Assembly (NCBI GenBank): GCA_050949565.1
Contig: JBMNFY010000017.1
Coordinates: forward strand, 800,001 to 864,000
DNA: 64,000 nucleotides
Direction: 5' to 3'
Source of the DNA: Kiritimatiellia bacterium
GTDB lineage: Bacteria > Verrucomicrobiota > Kiritimatiellia > RFP12 > UBA1067
How positions within the stretch are numbered: position 1 is the first letter of the stretch; each line of letters begins with the position of its first letter. This document shows, piece by piece, positions 28,187 through 37,932 of this stretch. Position numbers and translations under genes: made by a program. A model generated the notes under the pieces. The model searched no databases, was not told the DNA's origin, and saw only the letters and a list, made by a program, of their open reading frames with translations.

Positions 28187-29317
28187 ATGAGCAAAAAATA
28201 CAGAGTTGGAATCATCGGTTTTGCGCATCCGCACATCAACCACGTGGCGTCGATGTTCACCGCGCATCCGCAGGTCGAGATGGTCGCCTGCGCGGACACG
28301 GCGCCGTTGTGCCCAGAGTTGCGGAGTGTGCCGTACACCCGCGAATGGAACCGCAACAATGTCATGCGGCTAGCGAACATCACCCGATGCTACGATGACT
28401 ACCATGAGATGTTGGCAAACGAGAAGTTGGATATCGTGGCCATCAACTCCGAAAACAGTCAGCACCCCGATGTGGTCGAAGCTTGCGCACGCGCAGGCGT
28501 CCACGTCTGCGTGGAGAAGCCGATGGCCGTCTCGCTGTCGGACGCGCAACGGATGGTCAGGGCCTGCCGCGATGCGGGCACCACGCTGGTTGTTAACTGG
28601 CCGGCAACTTGGCTCCCGCATGCGCGCAAGGCCAAGGAACTGATTGATGCGGGTGCCATCGGCAAGCCTCTTGAAATCCATTACCGTGTGGGTCACTCTG
28701 GACCTTACGGACCGGGTGCCTCGCATAAAGGCGTCAGTGAGTCTGCCGAGCCGCTCACGGAGAAAGAACGCGCCGCAATCTGGCTGCACCAGAAAGACGC
28801 GGGCGGCGGTGCGACGATCGACCTGTGCTGTTATGGCGTGATGTACGGCTGCTGGTACACGGGCGATAGCGCCGTTTCCGCACAGGGCATCCAACTCAAT
28901 CTCGACAGCGAATGGTGTGACGCCGACGACAACGGCGTAATCCTCGTGCGTTTCCCAAGCGCCATCGCCGTTGCACAGGGATCATGGACAACCTTGGGCA
29001 AAACGTATCTAACCGCCGGCCCCCTGATGCTGTTCGGTTCGAGCGGCGCACTCTCTTTTGAAATCTACGGCGAAAAACCGGTTGTGCAACTCACGCGGGG
29101 CGCCGGACACGATGTCGAGATCATTGAGCCAGACCCCCTGCCGGAAGGCCGCGCCACACTGGCCGAAGCCTTCATCCATCATCTCGAAACCGGCGAGCCG
29201 CTCCATGAGACCCTGAGCGCGGCGTTCAACCTCAAGATGACGGCGGCTCTCGATGCGGGGCTGCGGTCCGCAGCAAGCGGGCGCGTGGAAACCGTCAACG
29301 ACACAACCGAGTCGTAA
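28187..29317 (+). CDS. Gfo/Idh/MocA oxidoreductase
   Basis: VGIIGFAH, HVCVEKPMA, GGATIDLCCY. Confidence 0.9.
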   Translation: MSKKYRVGIIGFAHPHINHVASMFTAHPQVEMVACADTAPLCPELRSVPYTREWNRNNVMRLANITRCYDDYHEMLANEKLDIVAINSENSQHPDVVEACARAGVHVCVEKPMAVSLSDAQRMVRACRDAGTTLVVNWPATWLPHARKAKELIDAGAIGKPLEIHYRVGHSGPYGPGASHKGVSESAEPLTEKERAAIWLHQKDAGGGATIDLCCYGVMYGCWYTGDSAVSAQGIQLNLDSEWCDADDNGVILVRFPSAIAVAQGSWTTLGKTYLTAGPLMLFGSSGALSFEIYGEKPVVQLTRGAGHDVEIIEPDPLPEGRATLAEAFIHHLETGEPLHETLSAAFNLKMTAALDAGLRSAASGRVETVNDTTES

Positions 29318-29337
29318 CCGCTCAGGAGGCGTGACAC

Positions 29338-30171
29338 TTGAAAGGATGGGTGACAGACATCGTGCGGGGCTCTTTTCACGACGGCCCGGGCATCCGCACA
29401 GTCGTGTTTCTGCAGGGATGCCCGCTGCGGTGCGCGTGGTGTCACAACCCCGAAACGTGGAGCGCGCATCCCGTTCCACTGTTCTATCCGAATCAGTGTC
29501 TGGGCTGCGGCGCATGCGGCGGCTTGGCGGAGAATGCAGATCGATGCCGGCTCGGCGCGCGCAGCCTGTCGTCGGTTGAACGGACGGTGGAAGAGGTCAT
29601 GAGGGTCATCCGCAAAGACCGACCGTTCTATGCGCCGGAAGGCGGCGTGACCTTCACCGGCGGCGAGCCCTGCAGCCAGCCCGACTTTCTGCTGGCCTTG
29701 CTGGAGCAGTGCCGAGCGGAGGCCATCCCTACGGCCATTGAGACGAGCCTGCATGTCCCGGCGGACGTGCTGGAAAAAGTGCTGCCGCTTTTGGATGTGC
29801 TGATGGCGGATTTGAAACTGGCAGACCCCGAACGCCACCGCCGCGCGACGGGTGTATCCAACGACCTGATCTTAAAAAACTTCGCTGGATTGCGCACAAC
29901 GCAACTTCCGGTGATCGTTCGCACGCCACTGGTGGCGGAGGTGAATGATGACGATGCGAACATCGAGCAGACGGTCGAAGTCCTGAAGCCGCTGAAAACG
30001 CTGGTCTATTACGAACTGTTGCGCTATCAGCCGCTGGGACGGGAAAAATACGTTGCGTTGGGGCGGAAAGCCCCGGCGTTCCAAGCGCCTTCGGATGAGC
30101 GTCTGCGCCGCCTGTGTCAAATCATTCAAGATGCGGACATCCCGCCGCTTGTAGACGGAGTGAGAGCATGA
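29338..30171 (+). CDS. Glycyl-radical enzyme activating enzyme (radical SAM)
   Basis: HDGPGIRTVVFLQGCPLRCAWCHNPE, GGVTFTGGEP, additional CxxCxxC. Confidence 0.93.
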   Translation: MKGWVTDIVRGSFHDGPGIRTVVFLQGCPLRCAWCHNPETWSAHPVPLFYPNQCLGCGACGGLAENADRCRLGARSLSSVERTVEEVMRVIRKDRPFYAPEGGVTFTGGEPCSQPDFLLALLEQCRAEAIPTAIETSLHVPADVLEKVLPLLDVLMADLKLADPERHRRATGVSNDLILKNFAGLRTTQLPVIVRTPLVAEVNDDDANIEQTVEVLKPLKTLVYYELLRYQPLGREKYVALGRKAPAFQAPSDERLRRLCQIIQDADIPPLVDGVRA

Positions 30172-32294
30172 GATATTCAGAACAGATGCGGCGTTTGCGC
30201 GAAACAAAGCTTCGGCAGACAGAGGAAAAGCGCCGCCGTCTGGGGCCGATGGACGAAGATGACTACGGCTGGGTGCTGCCGCCGAAGTCGCTGGAAGTGA
30301 ACCTCCCCTGCCGCGACGCGAACGGATCGTTCCATGGCGTGCGGGCATGGGGCACGAACTTCCGTTACCTGATGGAAATCCATCCCGTCTACATCGATCC
30401 CGACGACGCACTGGCCGGGCGCTGGATGTTCATGATGTCGCGCATGCGCACGAACTATCGCTTGGAACTCTCGCCTTTCGGTTTTGATTACAGCCATCTG
30501 CGTCCGGGCCAGATTCTGTACGACATCACACCGGGCATCGGCAAGGATGCCCATTTCGCGCCGGACTACGCCATCGGACTGAAACTCGGCTGGGGCGGAC
30601 TCCTGTCCAAGGTGCGTGAACGGCGCGCGCAAACACCGCTGTCAAATCAGGAGAGCCAAGACCTTTACCTCGCCGAAGAGGATGCGATTCTCGGCGTGCA
30701 GGATCTGATCCGACGCACGGCGCAGGAGGCGGCGGCCAGAGGTCTGACGGAGTTGGCGCGCATCAACGAGCGCCTGATTGAACAGCCCCCGCAAACGATG
30801 CGCGAGGCGTGCCAATGGATCGCATGGTTCAATATCGCATCGCGCACCTACAACCGCGACGGTGCCGGAGGGCAGTTGGACACGCTCCTGCTGCCCTACT
30901 ATGAAAAGGACAAAGCCGACGGCTTGATCGATGATGAAGACGCGGTGTTCTATCTCTTCTGTCTGCTGCTCAACGACCCGCACTACTATCAGATCGGCGG
31001 ACCCGACGCGAGCGGTGCCGACCAAACCTCCGCGCTGTCGTATCTGATTCTGCAGGCGGCGCGGTTGCTGAAAAGCACCTGCAACATCACCATCCGCGTT
31101 CATGACGGCCTGCCGGAAAAGCTGTTCGACGAAGGCGTGCGCTGCCTCGTGGAAAATAGGCAAGCCTACCCGCGCTTCTCCGGCGATGCGGCATTGTGCA
31201 GCGGCTTCGTCAAAAACGGCTACCCCATCGAACTGGCCCGGCGGCGGATCGCGCTGGGTTGCAACTGGATGAGTTTGCCGGGGCTGGAATACTGCATGAA
31301 CGACCTGATAAAGGTGAACTTTGCCAAGGTGTTTGAGGTCGCATGGAAGGCCGCGCGGTACGAATCTACGGAAGCGTTGTACCAGGCGTTTGCAGAGCAT
31401 CTGCAAAAGGCCATACAGATCACGGGGCAGGGAATCGCCTTCCACTTGGCGCACCAGTGGGAAAACGAACCGGAGCTCTTGTTGAACCTGTTGTCGGTCG
31501 GCCCGATTGAGACCGGACTGGACGCCTCCCACGGCGGGGCACAGTACTACAACATCGGGGTCGACGGCGCAGCGCTGGCGACCGTCGCGGATGCGTTCAC
31601 CGCGCTGGAGCAGCGGGTGGAACGCGAAAAGCTTCTGACCTTCGACGATGTTTTCAAAGCAACAGAGGCCAACTTCAAAGACGCGCCGCAAGTGCAAAGG
31701 CTCCTGTCGCTGTCGGAAAAGTTCGGCAATTCCGAACGCGGCGACGCCTGGGCGCAACGGATCGTGCGCGACTTTACCGACAAGCTCCGGGCAGAGGCGA
31801 AGAACATTCCATTCGTCAAACCGATCGTCCTGATTCCGGGGCTCTTCTCGTGGGCCGACACAGTGCGGCTCGGCAAGAGCGTGGGCGCACTGCCGAACGG
31901 CAGATATGCAGGCGAGCCGATCTCGCAGGGCGCGAACCCCAGTGTCGGCTTCCGGCGCGACGGAGCGGTCACGGCGATGGTCGCAGCCGTGGCAGCCGTA
32001 CAACCGGGCTACGGCAATACCGCACCGTTGCAATTGGATGTGGATTTCGGAAGCCTAGACACCGAACAAGCGGTGTCCTGCCTGAAAACGCTGATCCGCA
32101 CACACTTCGAACTGGGGGGGACGCTCATGAACATCAGTGTTGTTGACGAGCAACAGATTCTTGAAGCGAGCAAAAATCCCGAGGCCTACCCCGATCTGAT
32201 TGTGCGCGTGACCGGCTTCACCGCCTACTTCGCCAACCTCTCCCCCGACTTCCGTAAGCTCGTGCTCGAACGAATCGTGCGACAGGCGTCTTGA
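30168..32294 (+). CDS. Glycyl-radical enzyme (PFL-like superfamily), substrate unknown
   Basis: C-terminal YPDLIVRVTGFTAYF Gly-radical loop, ALPNGRYAGEPIS, Cys loop LGCNW. ATGA overlap with the activase gene. Confidence 0.9.
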   Translation: MRYSEQMRRLRETKLRQTEEKRRRLGPMDEDDYGWVLPPKSLEVNLPCRDANGSFHGVRAWGTNFRYLMEIHPVYIDPDDALAGRWMFMMSRMRTNYRLELSPFGFDYSHLRPGQILYDITPGIGKDAHFAPDYAIGLKLGWGGLLSKVRERRAQTPLSNQESQDLYLAEEDAILGVQDLIRRTAQEAAARGLTELARINERLIEQPPQTMREACQWIAWFNIASRTYNRDGAGGQLDTLLLPYYEKDKADGLIDDEDAVFYLFCLLLNDPHYYQIGGPDASGADQTSALSYLILQAARLLKSTCNITIRVHDGLPEKLFDEGVRCLVENRQAYPRFSGDAALCSGFVKNGYPIELARRRIALGCNWMSLPGLEYCMNDLIKVNFAKVFEVAWKAARYESTEALYQAFAEHLQKAIQITGQGIAFHLAHQWENEPELLLNLLSVGPIETGLDASHGGAQYYNIGVDGAALATVADAFTALEQRVEREKLLTFDDVFKATEANFKDAPQVQRLLSLSEKFGNSERGDAWAQRIVRDFTDKLRAEAKNIPFVKPIVLIPGLFSWADTVRLGKSVGALPNGRYAGEPISQGANPSVGFRRDGAVTAMVAAVAAVQPGYGNTAPLQLDVDFGSLDTEQAVSCLKTLIRTHFELGGTLMNISVVDEQQILEASKNPEAYPDLIVRVTGFTAYFANLSPDFRKLVLERIVRQAS

Positions 32295-32347
32295 ATGCGA
32301 ATGACAATGAACGATGATCGAATCAAGGGTTAAAGAGAGGTGCCCGA

Positions 32348-34279
32348 ATGAAAAAAAGTATGACTGTTCAGGCTCTTGCAAAACCCCTTGCTTGCAGGTG
32401 TGGCACGGGCATCTTGCCCGTGTTTCATGGGCGGGACGCCCATGCCACGAGGGGTTTTGCAAGAACCTCTGTTATTGCTGTCGGCCTTAGTCTCGTCGGC
32501 GCGGTTTGCGTAGCGGAAACGCCTGCGATCCGTTTGCCCCCTGACGCGCTCAAGACACGTCCGATCACGGCGACGGCCGACGCGATTCTCGCCAAGGGTT
32601 TCACGGTGACCCTTGAAGTCGATTTCGACGGTGTAAAGGATAATGAAACGCTTTACGAGGCAGGCTCCGCGAAACTCGCGTTCCGTCTGGCGGGAAAAAC
32701 AAAAGGGCTGGAAAGGTATGACAGCCGAGGCGGCAATTATTTGAATTTCCCGATGCCGGACGGTTCGTGCCCGGTGATCGAGGCGACAATCTGCAACCAT
32801 GCGGGACGCGTGGGAATCCCGCTCGGCTTTTTGGCGCGGAAGGACGGTGTCCACACCGTAATGCTCAACTTCTCCCCGGTCCACTGGTCAATTTGTGTGG
32901 ATGGGCACGTGGACAACGACATGCCGATACCGCAAGAACCGGTAACATGGCCGGCGCAGGCGCAGGAACGTGTTTTCTCGCCGCGCGTACGATCCGCAGT
33001 ATTTGTCGCGCCAGCGAAACCGGATGCGTTGCCACAAGCGGTGGACGCGAAGCGCGTAACGCGTCCGATCCAATACTGGACACCGGACGATCACAATGCG
33101 TGGGTCGGCGACGTGGCGGTGGGAACCTGGAAAGGGCGCTTCCATGTGTTCTATCTCTTCGACCGCCGTCATCACGGGTCAGGCGCGGGCAAGGGTCGTC
33201 ACTATTTCGCGCATCTTTCGTCCGGCGACCTCGCGAACTGGGATGAGCATCCCCTCGCGGTGCCGATTGATGACTGGTGGGAGTGCATCGGCACGGGCAC
33301 GCCGTTTGAACTGGACGGTAAGTACTGCCTCGCGTACGGGCTCCATACGGAGCGGATGATGCCGCAAGGGAAAGACTGTCCCGTGGGCGGCACCTACGCC
33401 GTGTCGGAGGACGGCATCCACTTCCGGAAAACGGGTGTGATGTTCACATCCGATCGCAACCCGAGTGTCTACAACCGCGCAGACGGTCGCCTCGGCATAG
33501 GCACGAAAAACGGACAGCTTTATTACCGAGAGGGTGACGCTTGGGATTGGAAACCCGCCGGCAAGCGCGCACCTGTGAGCGGGGATTGTCCCGCGCCGTT
33601 CACATGGGGTGGACAGGATTATCTCATCCAAGGGTTCTTCCACATGGCGTCGCGTCCGAACGAGTCCGGCGACTGGGAAGACTGGGCGGCCTCGGGCGAC
33701 GACGTCTACGAAGGGCTCTCCGTGCCGATGGTCGCCCCTTGGTCGGGCGACCGCCGCATCATGGTCGGCTGGCTCCGACATCTCTACGGTTGGGGCGGCT
33801 GGCTTGTCTTCCGTGAACTCGTGCGCTATCCCGACGGTAAACTCGGCGTAAAGTGGCTAGCGGAAACGCCGACACCGGCACCGCCGCAGACCTTCGCCGT
33901 GACCGATGTCACGAAGCCGTTCGTTGTGCGGGCGGTAGCAAAGGCGGGCGACACGGACTTTGAATTCCGCATCGATCCTGCCGAAGCGCGGGCGCAATTC
34001 CATTTCCCGCGCAAGGGCGAATCCGGCGCACGAGTTTTGACTACGGCAGAGTTTTTGAAAGTTCCCACGGACAAGCGCTCGACCGTCATCGGCGGCCACG
34101 CGTCATCCGGGGGAGCTTTCGCGCTCGGCAAGATCCGCGGGCTCGACAAGCCGTTCACCGTAAAGCTTGTGCAGTACTACGACGCGAAATCCGACGCGAC
34201 GATTTTCGACGTGGAAATCGCTGGCACCCAAACGATGATCACGTGCCGCGCGGGCCGCTTCGCGCCCGCCGCCCACTAG
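32348..34279 (+). CDS. Secreted beta-propeller glycoside hydrolase, GH32-like
   Basis: WVGD...HVFYL, HYFAHLSSGDLANWDEHP, IGTGT, SEDGIHF, DCP motifs; signal peptide interrupted by a repeat element. Confidence 0.7.
   Translation: MKKSMTVQALAKPLACRCGTGILPVFHGRDAHATRGFARTSVIAVGLSLVGAVCVAETPAIRLPPDALKTRPITATADAILAKGFTVTLEVDFDGVKDNETLYEAGSAKLAFRLAGKTKGLERYDSRGGNYLNFPMPDGSCPVIEATICNHAGRVGIPLGFLARKDGVHTVMLNFSPVHWSICVDGHVDNDMPIPQEPVTWPAQAQERVFSPRVRSAVFVAPAKPDALPQAVDAKRVTRPIQYWTPDDHNAWVGDVAVGTWKGRFHVFYLFDRRHHGSGAGKGRHYFAHLSSGDLANWDEHPLAVPIDDWWECIGTGTPFELDGKYCLAYGLHTERMMPQGKDCPVGGTYAVSEDGIHFRKTGVMFTSDRNPSVYNRADGRLGIGTKNGQLYYREGDAWDWKPAGKRAPVSGDCPAPFTWGGQDYLIQGFFHMASRPNESGDWEDWAASGDDVYEGLSVPMVAPWSGDRRIMVGWLRHLYGWGGWLVFRELVRYPDGKLGVKWLAETPTPAPPQTFAVTDVTKPFVVRAVAKAGDTDFEFRIDPAEARAQFHFPRKGESGARVLTTAEFLKVPTDKRSTVIGGHASSGGAFALGKIRGLDKPFTVKLVQYYDAKSDATIFDVEIAGTQTMITCRAGRFAPAAH
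32370..32468 (+). repeat. 99-bp palindromic MITE/REP-like element, in-frame within the signal-peptide region
   Basis: TIRs AGGCTCTTGCAAAACCCCT / AGGGGTTTTGCAAGAACCT (18 of 19 complementary). Translates as ALAKPLACRCGTGILPVFHGRDAHATRGFART. Confidence 0.88.
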
Positions 34280-34379
34280 TACTCTGTTGCAATTAAAAAC
34301 CAGCTGATCAATTTGAATTTGTGATTTGTGATTTAGGAGTCGCAAGCCGCAGATCGAACGTCGCGGGTCAACCCCTTTG

Positions 34380-35130
34380 GCTTCAGCCGTCTAAACACCT
34401 GTCCCTTAGTCGCAAGATTTTGCGGTGACAAGAGCCGCGCTGTGCGCGGGTCGCGGCACCGCTTTTTCTCCGCGTTGTGCGTGGAGACCCCACACTTAGT
34501 CGGTCACACTTAGTCGATTGCGCTTGCGACGAAATGTTTTGGACGACGAAGACAACAGAGGGACAGGTATTTAGACGACTATGTTTTGGACTTTCACCGA
34601 ATGAACCGAATTAAACGAATGATGGCCTCGTTTCAAATCACCCGTCCCTGTCCCTTAGTTGTCCCAAGACCATATGTTTCTGGTGAAAGGGAAGCAGAGA
34701 GTCGGAGCGCGGGCGTCCCCGCCCGCAACAACGTGTCTTGCAAAAGGCTGATGCACACACGTGTTCGTTTTTTTTGACATGATTAACATGATTTGGAGGG
34801 CGAGCGTCCCCACGAGCCGCCTTCCGCTACGCGGAAGGATAGGACGAGCGTCGCTCGTCCGCGGGCAAGCAGACGCTTGCCCCTCCCCGCGCTTCGCAAG
34901 CCTGATCATGGGCTGGAGGGCGAGCGTCCCCACGAGCCGCGCTACCTGAGAGTTGAACGTTGAGCGTTGCGCGTTGAGCCTAAAAGGGGCAGTTGAAATT
35001 ACAAGGTGTCCTTTGGTTTCAGGTTCATGATGTTTCAATGTTCAGCCCCGAAGGGGCGCTACATACCAGCTCAGGGCAACGCCTTGAGATTTGGGCAAAG
35101 AAAACGTATGAGCCCTGAAAGGGCGTGACA
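34380..35130. repeat. Intergenic mosaic of REP/MITE-like modules
   Basis: Inverted pair CGTCTAAACACCTGTCCCT / AGGGACAGGTATTTAGACG, CACTTAGTCG repeats, two GAGGGCGAGCGTCCCCACGAGCCG copies, heptamers TTGAACG-TTGAGCG-TTGCGCG, and AGCCCCGAAGGGGCG...AGCCCTGAAAGGGCG. Confidence 0.75.
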
Positions 35131-35154
35131 ATCCCTCAACGCGCCGACACACCG

Positions 35155-35720
35155 CACCGCCGCCGCACCCAATGTCCGAACCCCGCCCGTGCCCACACCT
35201 TGAAAGGTGTGGGCATACCCGCCCCTTCAGCCGGACATGCCCAAACGCACCCCGCGCGCACTGGGCGACCGCACCGAAACCTCTGTTTTTAAAGGCCCGT
35301 CCCGCTCTAAGCGGCAACACTCCGCACTGCCGCCGCACCCAATGCCCGAACCCCGCCCGTGCCCACACCTTGAAAGGTGTGGGCATACCCGTCCCTTCAG
35401 CCGGGCATGCCAAAACGCACCCCGCGTGCGCCGGGCGACCGCGCCGAACCCCCTGTTTTTAAAGGCCCGTCCCGCTCTAAGCGGCAATACACCGCGTTGC
35501 CGCCGCACCCAATGCCCGCGCCCCGCCCGTGCCCACACCTTGAAAGGTGTGGGCATATCCGCCCCGTCAGCCGGGCATGCCAAAACCACCCCGGCGCGCC
35601 GGGCGACCGCGCCGAACCCCTGTTTTTAAAGGCCCGTCCCGCTCTAAGCGGCAACACTCGCACCGCCGCCGCACCCAATGTCCGAACCTCGCCCGTGCCC
35701 ACACCTTGAAAGGTGTGGGC
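35155..35720. repeat. Tandem array of ~170-bp units (~3.3 copies), each with the hairpin GCCCACACCT-TGAA-AGGTGTGGGC
   Basis: Hairpin copies at 35191, 35361, 35531 and 35697 (periods 170, 170, 166); the intervening sequence is also conserved. Confidence 0.9.
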
Positions 35721-35850
35721 GACAAAGGGACAGGTATTTAGACGTACTAACGCAACTTTCAACGCCCAAGTAGCGCGGCTTGCGGAGATACTTGCTCCAA
35801 GCTTCGCGCCTTCGCGTCTTCGCGTGAAAAACCCGAGCTTACCCGAAACC

Positions 35851-37323
35851 CTACACGATTTCCCAGCCTGGGCGGTAATCGCGCGTCAAATATGGGGCTG
35901 CTTCAGGACGGTTGGTGACGGCGAGTTTCGCCGAATCCCAGAGCAGACGCTTGCCGCCGAGACGCAACGATATTGCCGCCAAGTTGAAGGCTTCGGAGAT
36001 CGGTCCGGCGTGCTGAAAATCACCATACGTGGGTGCGCCACCTTTAAAGGCTTTGACCCAGTTGAGGTTGACCGGCTCGACCGCAGGCAGCGGCGCTTGC
36101 GTGTCGCCCGAGAGTATACGCGGATTCTGACCGAGGAACCCGGCCAAGATCTTGCCGCGGTCACCGACAAATAGCATGCCCTCCGGCGGTAACTCGCCGT
36201 TCTCGCGCTCCAATTCCTCGGGTGTCGGCGGGCGCATGCCGCCATCGTACCACCACAGGTCGAGCGCGGGACGCGCGCCTTTGGCGGCGAAGCCGAAGCG
36301 CACGGTGCAAGCGGCAGGGAAGGACCACGTGTTTGTGATCTTCACGCTCACGCGGTCGCGCAACGTGCAGACATGGCTGGGCGTGGACTCGACGCGTATC
36401 GGCGCATCGAGGTCGAACTCCCGGAAGACGCGCCAGAGGCTGTAGTGTCCCATGTCAGCGATGGCTCCACCACCGAACTCGTACCAACCGCGAAAAACGG
36501 TGTGGGTGTAGTGCGGATGGTAGGGACAGTCGCGCGACGGACCGAGCCACAGCGCCCAGTCGAAATCTTTGGGCACCGGCGGCGTGTCGGAAGGACGCTC
36601 CGGATATTGCGGCCAGACCGGTCGGTTGGACCAGTTGTGGATCTCGCGCAGGCGACCGATCGCGCCGTTGCGGATGAGCTGTGCCGAGATCGAAACATCG
36701 CCGCCCGAACTGGCGGGGATGAAGTGAGTGGCGACCCCGGTTTCCCGTGCGGTCTCGATCACGCGACGCGCTTCGATCACACGGTTAGCCAGCGGCTTGT
36801 GCAGCATGACATGCCGACCAGCCCGCATCGCGGCAATAGCGACCGACGCATGCAGATGGTCGGGCGTCATGATTTTGACCGCGTGTAGCCCCCGCTCTTT
36901 CTCCAGCAACTCCCTGAAGTCCGCGTAGCGCGCGCAAGGCTTCGCCGTTTCGCCGGCGCGATGGCGGGCGTAGTAGGCGTCAACCACCTCCGCCGCGACA
37001 TCGCGACCGCCGGGGATCGCCTGGTCTGCGCGCCAGTCAGCGACGCCAATGGCGTTGGCCAGACCTTTGCGCAGACCTTGGCGTGACCAATCCACATAGT
37101 CGTCGCTGTCCTTGTTCGGATCGCACACAGCCACCACCCGAACGCCCGGCGTGGCCAGCAGGCCGGGCAGTTCGCGAAGCCCCTGCGTACCGCAACCGAT
37201 AAGGGCCACGTTCAGCGTATCAGCAGGAGCCGCCTGCCCCGACGCACTGGGCGTGAAGGCAGGCAAGACGTTGAGCGCCGCAGCCGAGACACTGGCTGAC
37301 TTCAAGAACGCGCGACGGTTCAT
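35851..37323 (-). CDS. Gfo/Idh/MocA oxidoreductase with Tat signal
   Basis: MNRRAFLK, IGCGTQG, TPDHLH, HKPL, DWALWLGP, GAIADMGHY. Confidence 0.9.
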   Translation of the reverse strand: MNRRAFLKSASVSAAALNVLPAFTPSASGQAAPADTLNVALIGCGTQGLRELPGLLATPGVRVVAVCDPNKDSDDYVDWSRQGLRKGLANAIGVADWRADQAIPGGRDVAAEVVDAYYARHRAGETAKPCARYADFRELLEKERGLHAVKIMTPDHLHASVAIAAMRAGRHVMLHKPLANRVIEARRVIETARETGVATHFIPASSGGDVSISAQLIRNGAIGRLREIHNWSNRPVWPQYPERPSDTPPVPKDFDWALWLGPSRDCPYHPHYTHTVFRGWYEFGGGAIADMGHYSLWRVFREFDLDAPIRVESTPSHVCTLRDRVSVKITNTWSFPAACTVRFGFAAKGARPALDLWWYDGGMRPPTPEELERENGELPPEGMLFVGDRGKILAGFLGQNPRILSGDTQAPLPAVEPVNLNWVKAFKGGAPTYGDFQHAGPISEAFNLAAISLRLGGKRLLWDSAKLAVTNRPEAAPYLTRDYRPGWEIV

Positions 37324-37327
37324 ACGA

Positions 37328-37648
37328 TTACTCGCCGTACACGACGGTGGTGGTCTCGTTGTACAGCCAGAAGATGTTTTTCACGTGGTAGTCAACGTGA
37401 TGCACCTTGCGGATGCCGCCATTGCGCATCGCTTCGCCGATCGTCGCGTCACCACTGCCGAAGAAAAGGACGCCACCGCTCCACGCTTCGCCGCGCTTGA
37501 GCGGGCGCACGCTGTTATCCACGATAGGATCCGAAGCGGCGTGGTTGAGAACCAAGGCGGACTGCACGGTACCCTTGGTCGGGATAATGCAACCGGACAG
37601 AACAAGCGCACCGACACAGACGGCACTCAGAGCGAACAACTTTTTCAT
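37328..37648 (-). CDS. TRL-like lipoprotein
   Basis: Lipobox LSGC; K.GEA....L.F..GDA.I..AM.NGGI.KVHHVDY...TVVYGE pattern. Confidence 0.75.
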   Translation of the reverse strand: MKKLFALSAVCVGALVLSGCIIPTKGTVQSALVLNHAASDPIVDNSVRPLKRGEAWSGGVLFFGSGDATIGEAMRNGGIRKVHHVDYHVKNIFWLYNETTTVVYGE

Positions 37649-37756
37649 GTGAAGTCTCCTGTTGTAAGGCCACGGAATTGTAGCCATCTTTCTGCAAATG
37701 ATCGTCGCACGTTTGGGCGCGAAAAGCAAGCGTCTGTTCTGAAAAAAGCGACTAAT

Positions 37757-37885
37757 GCGGGTGAAACCCGCAACCCAAGTTAATTAGTTAATTAGTGCAT
37801 GAGTGCATGAGTCTGTCTGGGAGTGTGCCGCCCCAAAAAACCTCCGTGTTCTCTGTGCCTCTGTGAGAGAAAAAAGCCGAGCCTA
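37757..37885. repeat. Short repeat mosaic sharing modules with 26568-26800
   Basis: CCCGCAACCCAAGTTAATTAGTTAATTAGTGCATGAGTGCAT is shared with ~26578-26619; also CTCTGTGCCTCTGTG. Confidence 0.75.
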
Positions 37886-37932
37886 AATCCTAAATGCTAC
37901 CTCCGCGCACAGCGCGGCTGTGCCGTAAGGCA

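Noticed and set aside
35155-35720. CRISPR array (regularly spaced 24-bp palindromes)
   Set aside because: The intervening ~146-bp segments are near-identical rather than unique, the spacing is far too long, and there are no cas genes in the window.
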